Shown here piece by piece: positions 31,848-32,000 of a DNA stretch of 32,000 bases (within the stretch, counting starts at the first letter, position 1; each line of letters opens with the position of its first letter). The position numbers were made by a program, and so were the translations under genes. Source of the DNA: Candidatus Nanobsidianus stetteri. Its GTDB lineage: Archaea; Nanobdellota; Nanobdellia; Nanobdellales; Nanobdellaceae. Where the stretch lies: positions 23,194 to 55,193 of the forward strand of contig NZ_QEFP02000003.1 of assembly GCF_003086415.1 (NCBI RefSeq), in the 5' to 3' direction. The notes under the pieces are model-generated. The model was not told where the DNA came from. It worked only from the letters and a program-made list of their open reading frames with translations, and did no database searches.

Positions 31848-31925
31848 TTAGTATATTCCTTTACCCCCCTTTTGATGGGGTCGGAATACGTTTTCTAATC
31901 TTCGGAATAAGTCTTCTAGTCCCAT
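31848..31925 (-). other. 25-codon 5' ORF fragment ending just after a G6 (plus-strand C6) tract; probable displaced N-terminus of the 30878-31666 gene
   Basis: ATG at 31925-31923 opens MGLEDLFRRLENVFRPHQKGGKGIY*. An A/T-rich TATA-like element (atttaaaaa) lies about 25-30 nt upstream. Removing one G from the tract at 31864-31869 fuses this ORF to the long downstream frame, giving about 348 aa. Confidence 0.5.
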
Positions 31926-32000
31926 ATAGAATATATTTTTTGAAAGATTTTTAAATATTATGTTTATAGTATCTACATACTAATAGGATAAGTAAATTTT

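Noticed and set aside
31863-31881. Interpreting the hairpin at the G6 tract as a classical programmed-frameshift stimulator
   Set aside because: Classical -1 signals have a slippery heptamer followed by a downstream structure. Here the homopolymer is itself the 3' arm of a weak 5-bp stem, and the required shift is +1/-2. A sequencing error or a genuine indel is at least as likely, so recoding is kept only as one option within the frameshift finding.
1-32000. Scan for CRISPR arrays, cas genes, integrases/transposases, IS termini, rRNA, RNase P RNA and SRP RNA
   Set aside because: I saw no regularly spaced direct repeats, no recognisable Cas, integrase or transposase motifs in any ORF, and no extended G+C-rich non-coding island other than the two tRNAs. 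A by-eye repeat scan is imperfect and should be repeated computationally.

Overview
Very AT-rich archaeal chromosome segment: about 25% G+C in most hand-counted lines, with individual lines from 13% to 47%. It is almost gap-free, with about 40 protein genes, 2 tRNAs and 1 C/D-box sRNA. Many stop/start overlaps (TAATG, ATGA, 8-11 nt) and both tRNA genes overlapping convergent stop codons indicate a compacted genome. The GC-rich tRNA stems suggest a thermophile. A DPANN/Nanoarchaeota-like or other small-genome thermoacidophile is my inference only. All product calls come from recognising family signature motifs in the supplied translations; no database search was run. Positions 1-23.7 kb are mainly housekeeping. 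They hold tRNA-Thr(CGU), two RecJ/DHH-like genes, uS15, a PEBP-family protein, archease, a SecF-like protein, an Rpp30-like protein, Bud32, a nucleotidyltransferase, PheRS alpha and beta, eS26, an insertion-bearing SerRS, tRNA-Cys(GCA), dPGM, an archaeal MiaB-like methylthiotransferase, a 2-oxoacid:ferredoxin oxidoreductase gamma/alpha fusion with no adjacent beta subunit, and a T4-endoV-type pyrimidine dimer glycosylase. This part also holds a translationally coupled pair of very large N/Y-rich, charge-depleted surface proteins (5927-9755) with prepilin-like N-termini and LamG-like/DUF2341-like modules. Positions 23.8-32 kb look accessory, with locally higher G+C. They hold a Tat-motif secreted repeat protein plus a GH-A-like secreted enzyme, EamA and MscS membrane proteins, and a COG1373/DUF4143 ATPase preceded by a duplicated palindrome. 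They also hold two divergent paralogous HExxH proteins of unknown family, and an unknown gene whose N-terminus appears split off by a frame change in a C6/G6 homopolymer inside a small hairpin. I saw no CRISPR array, cas gene, integrase or transposase. The best candidates for something undescribed are the ATPase / twin HExxH / frameshifted-gene cluster and the giant surface-protein pair.
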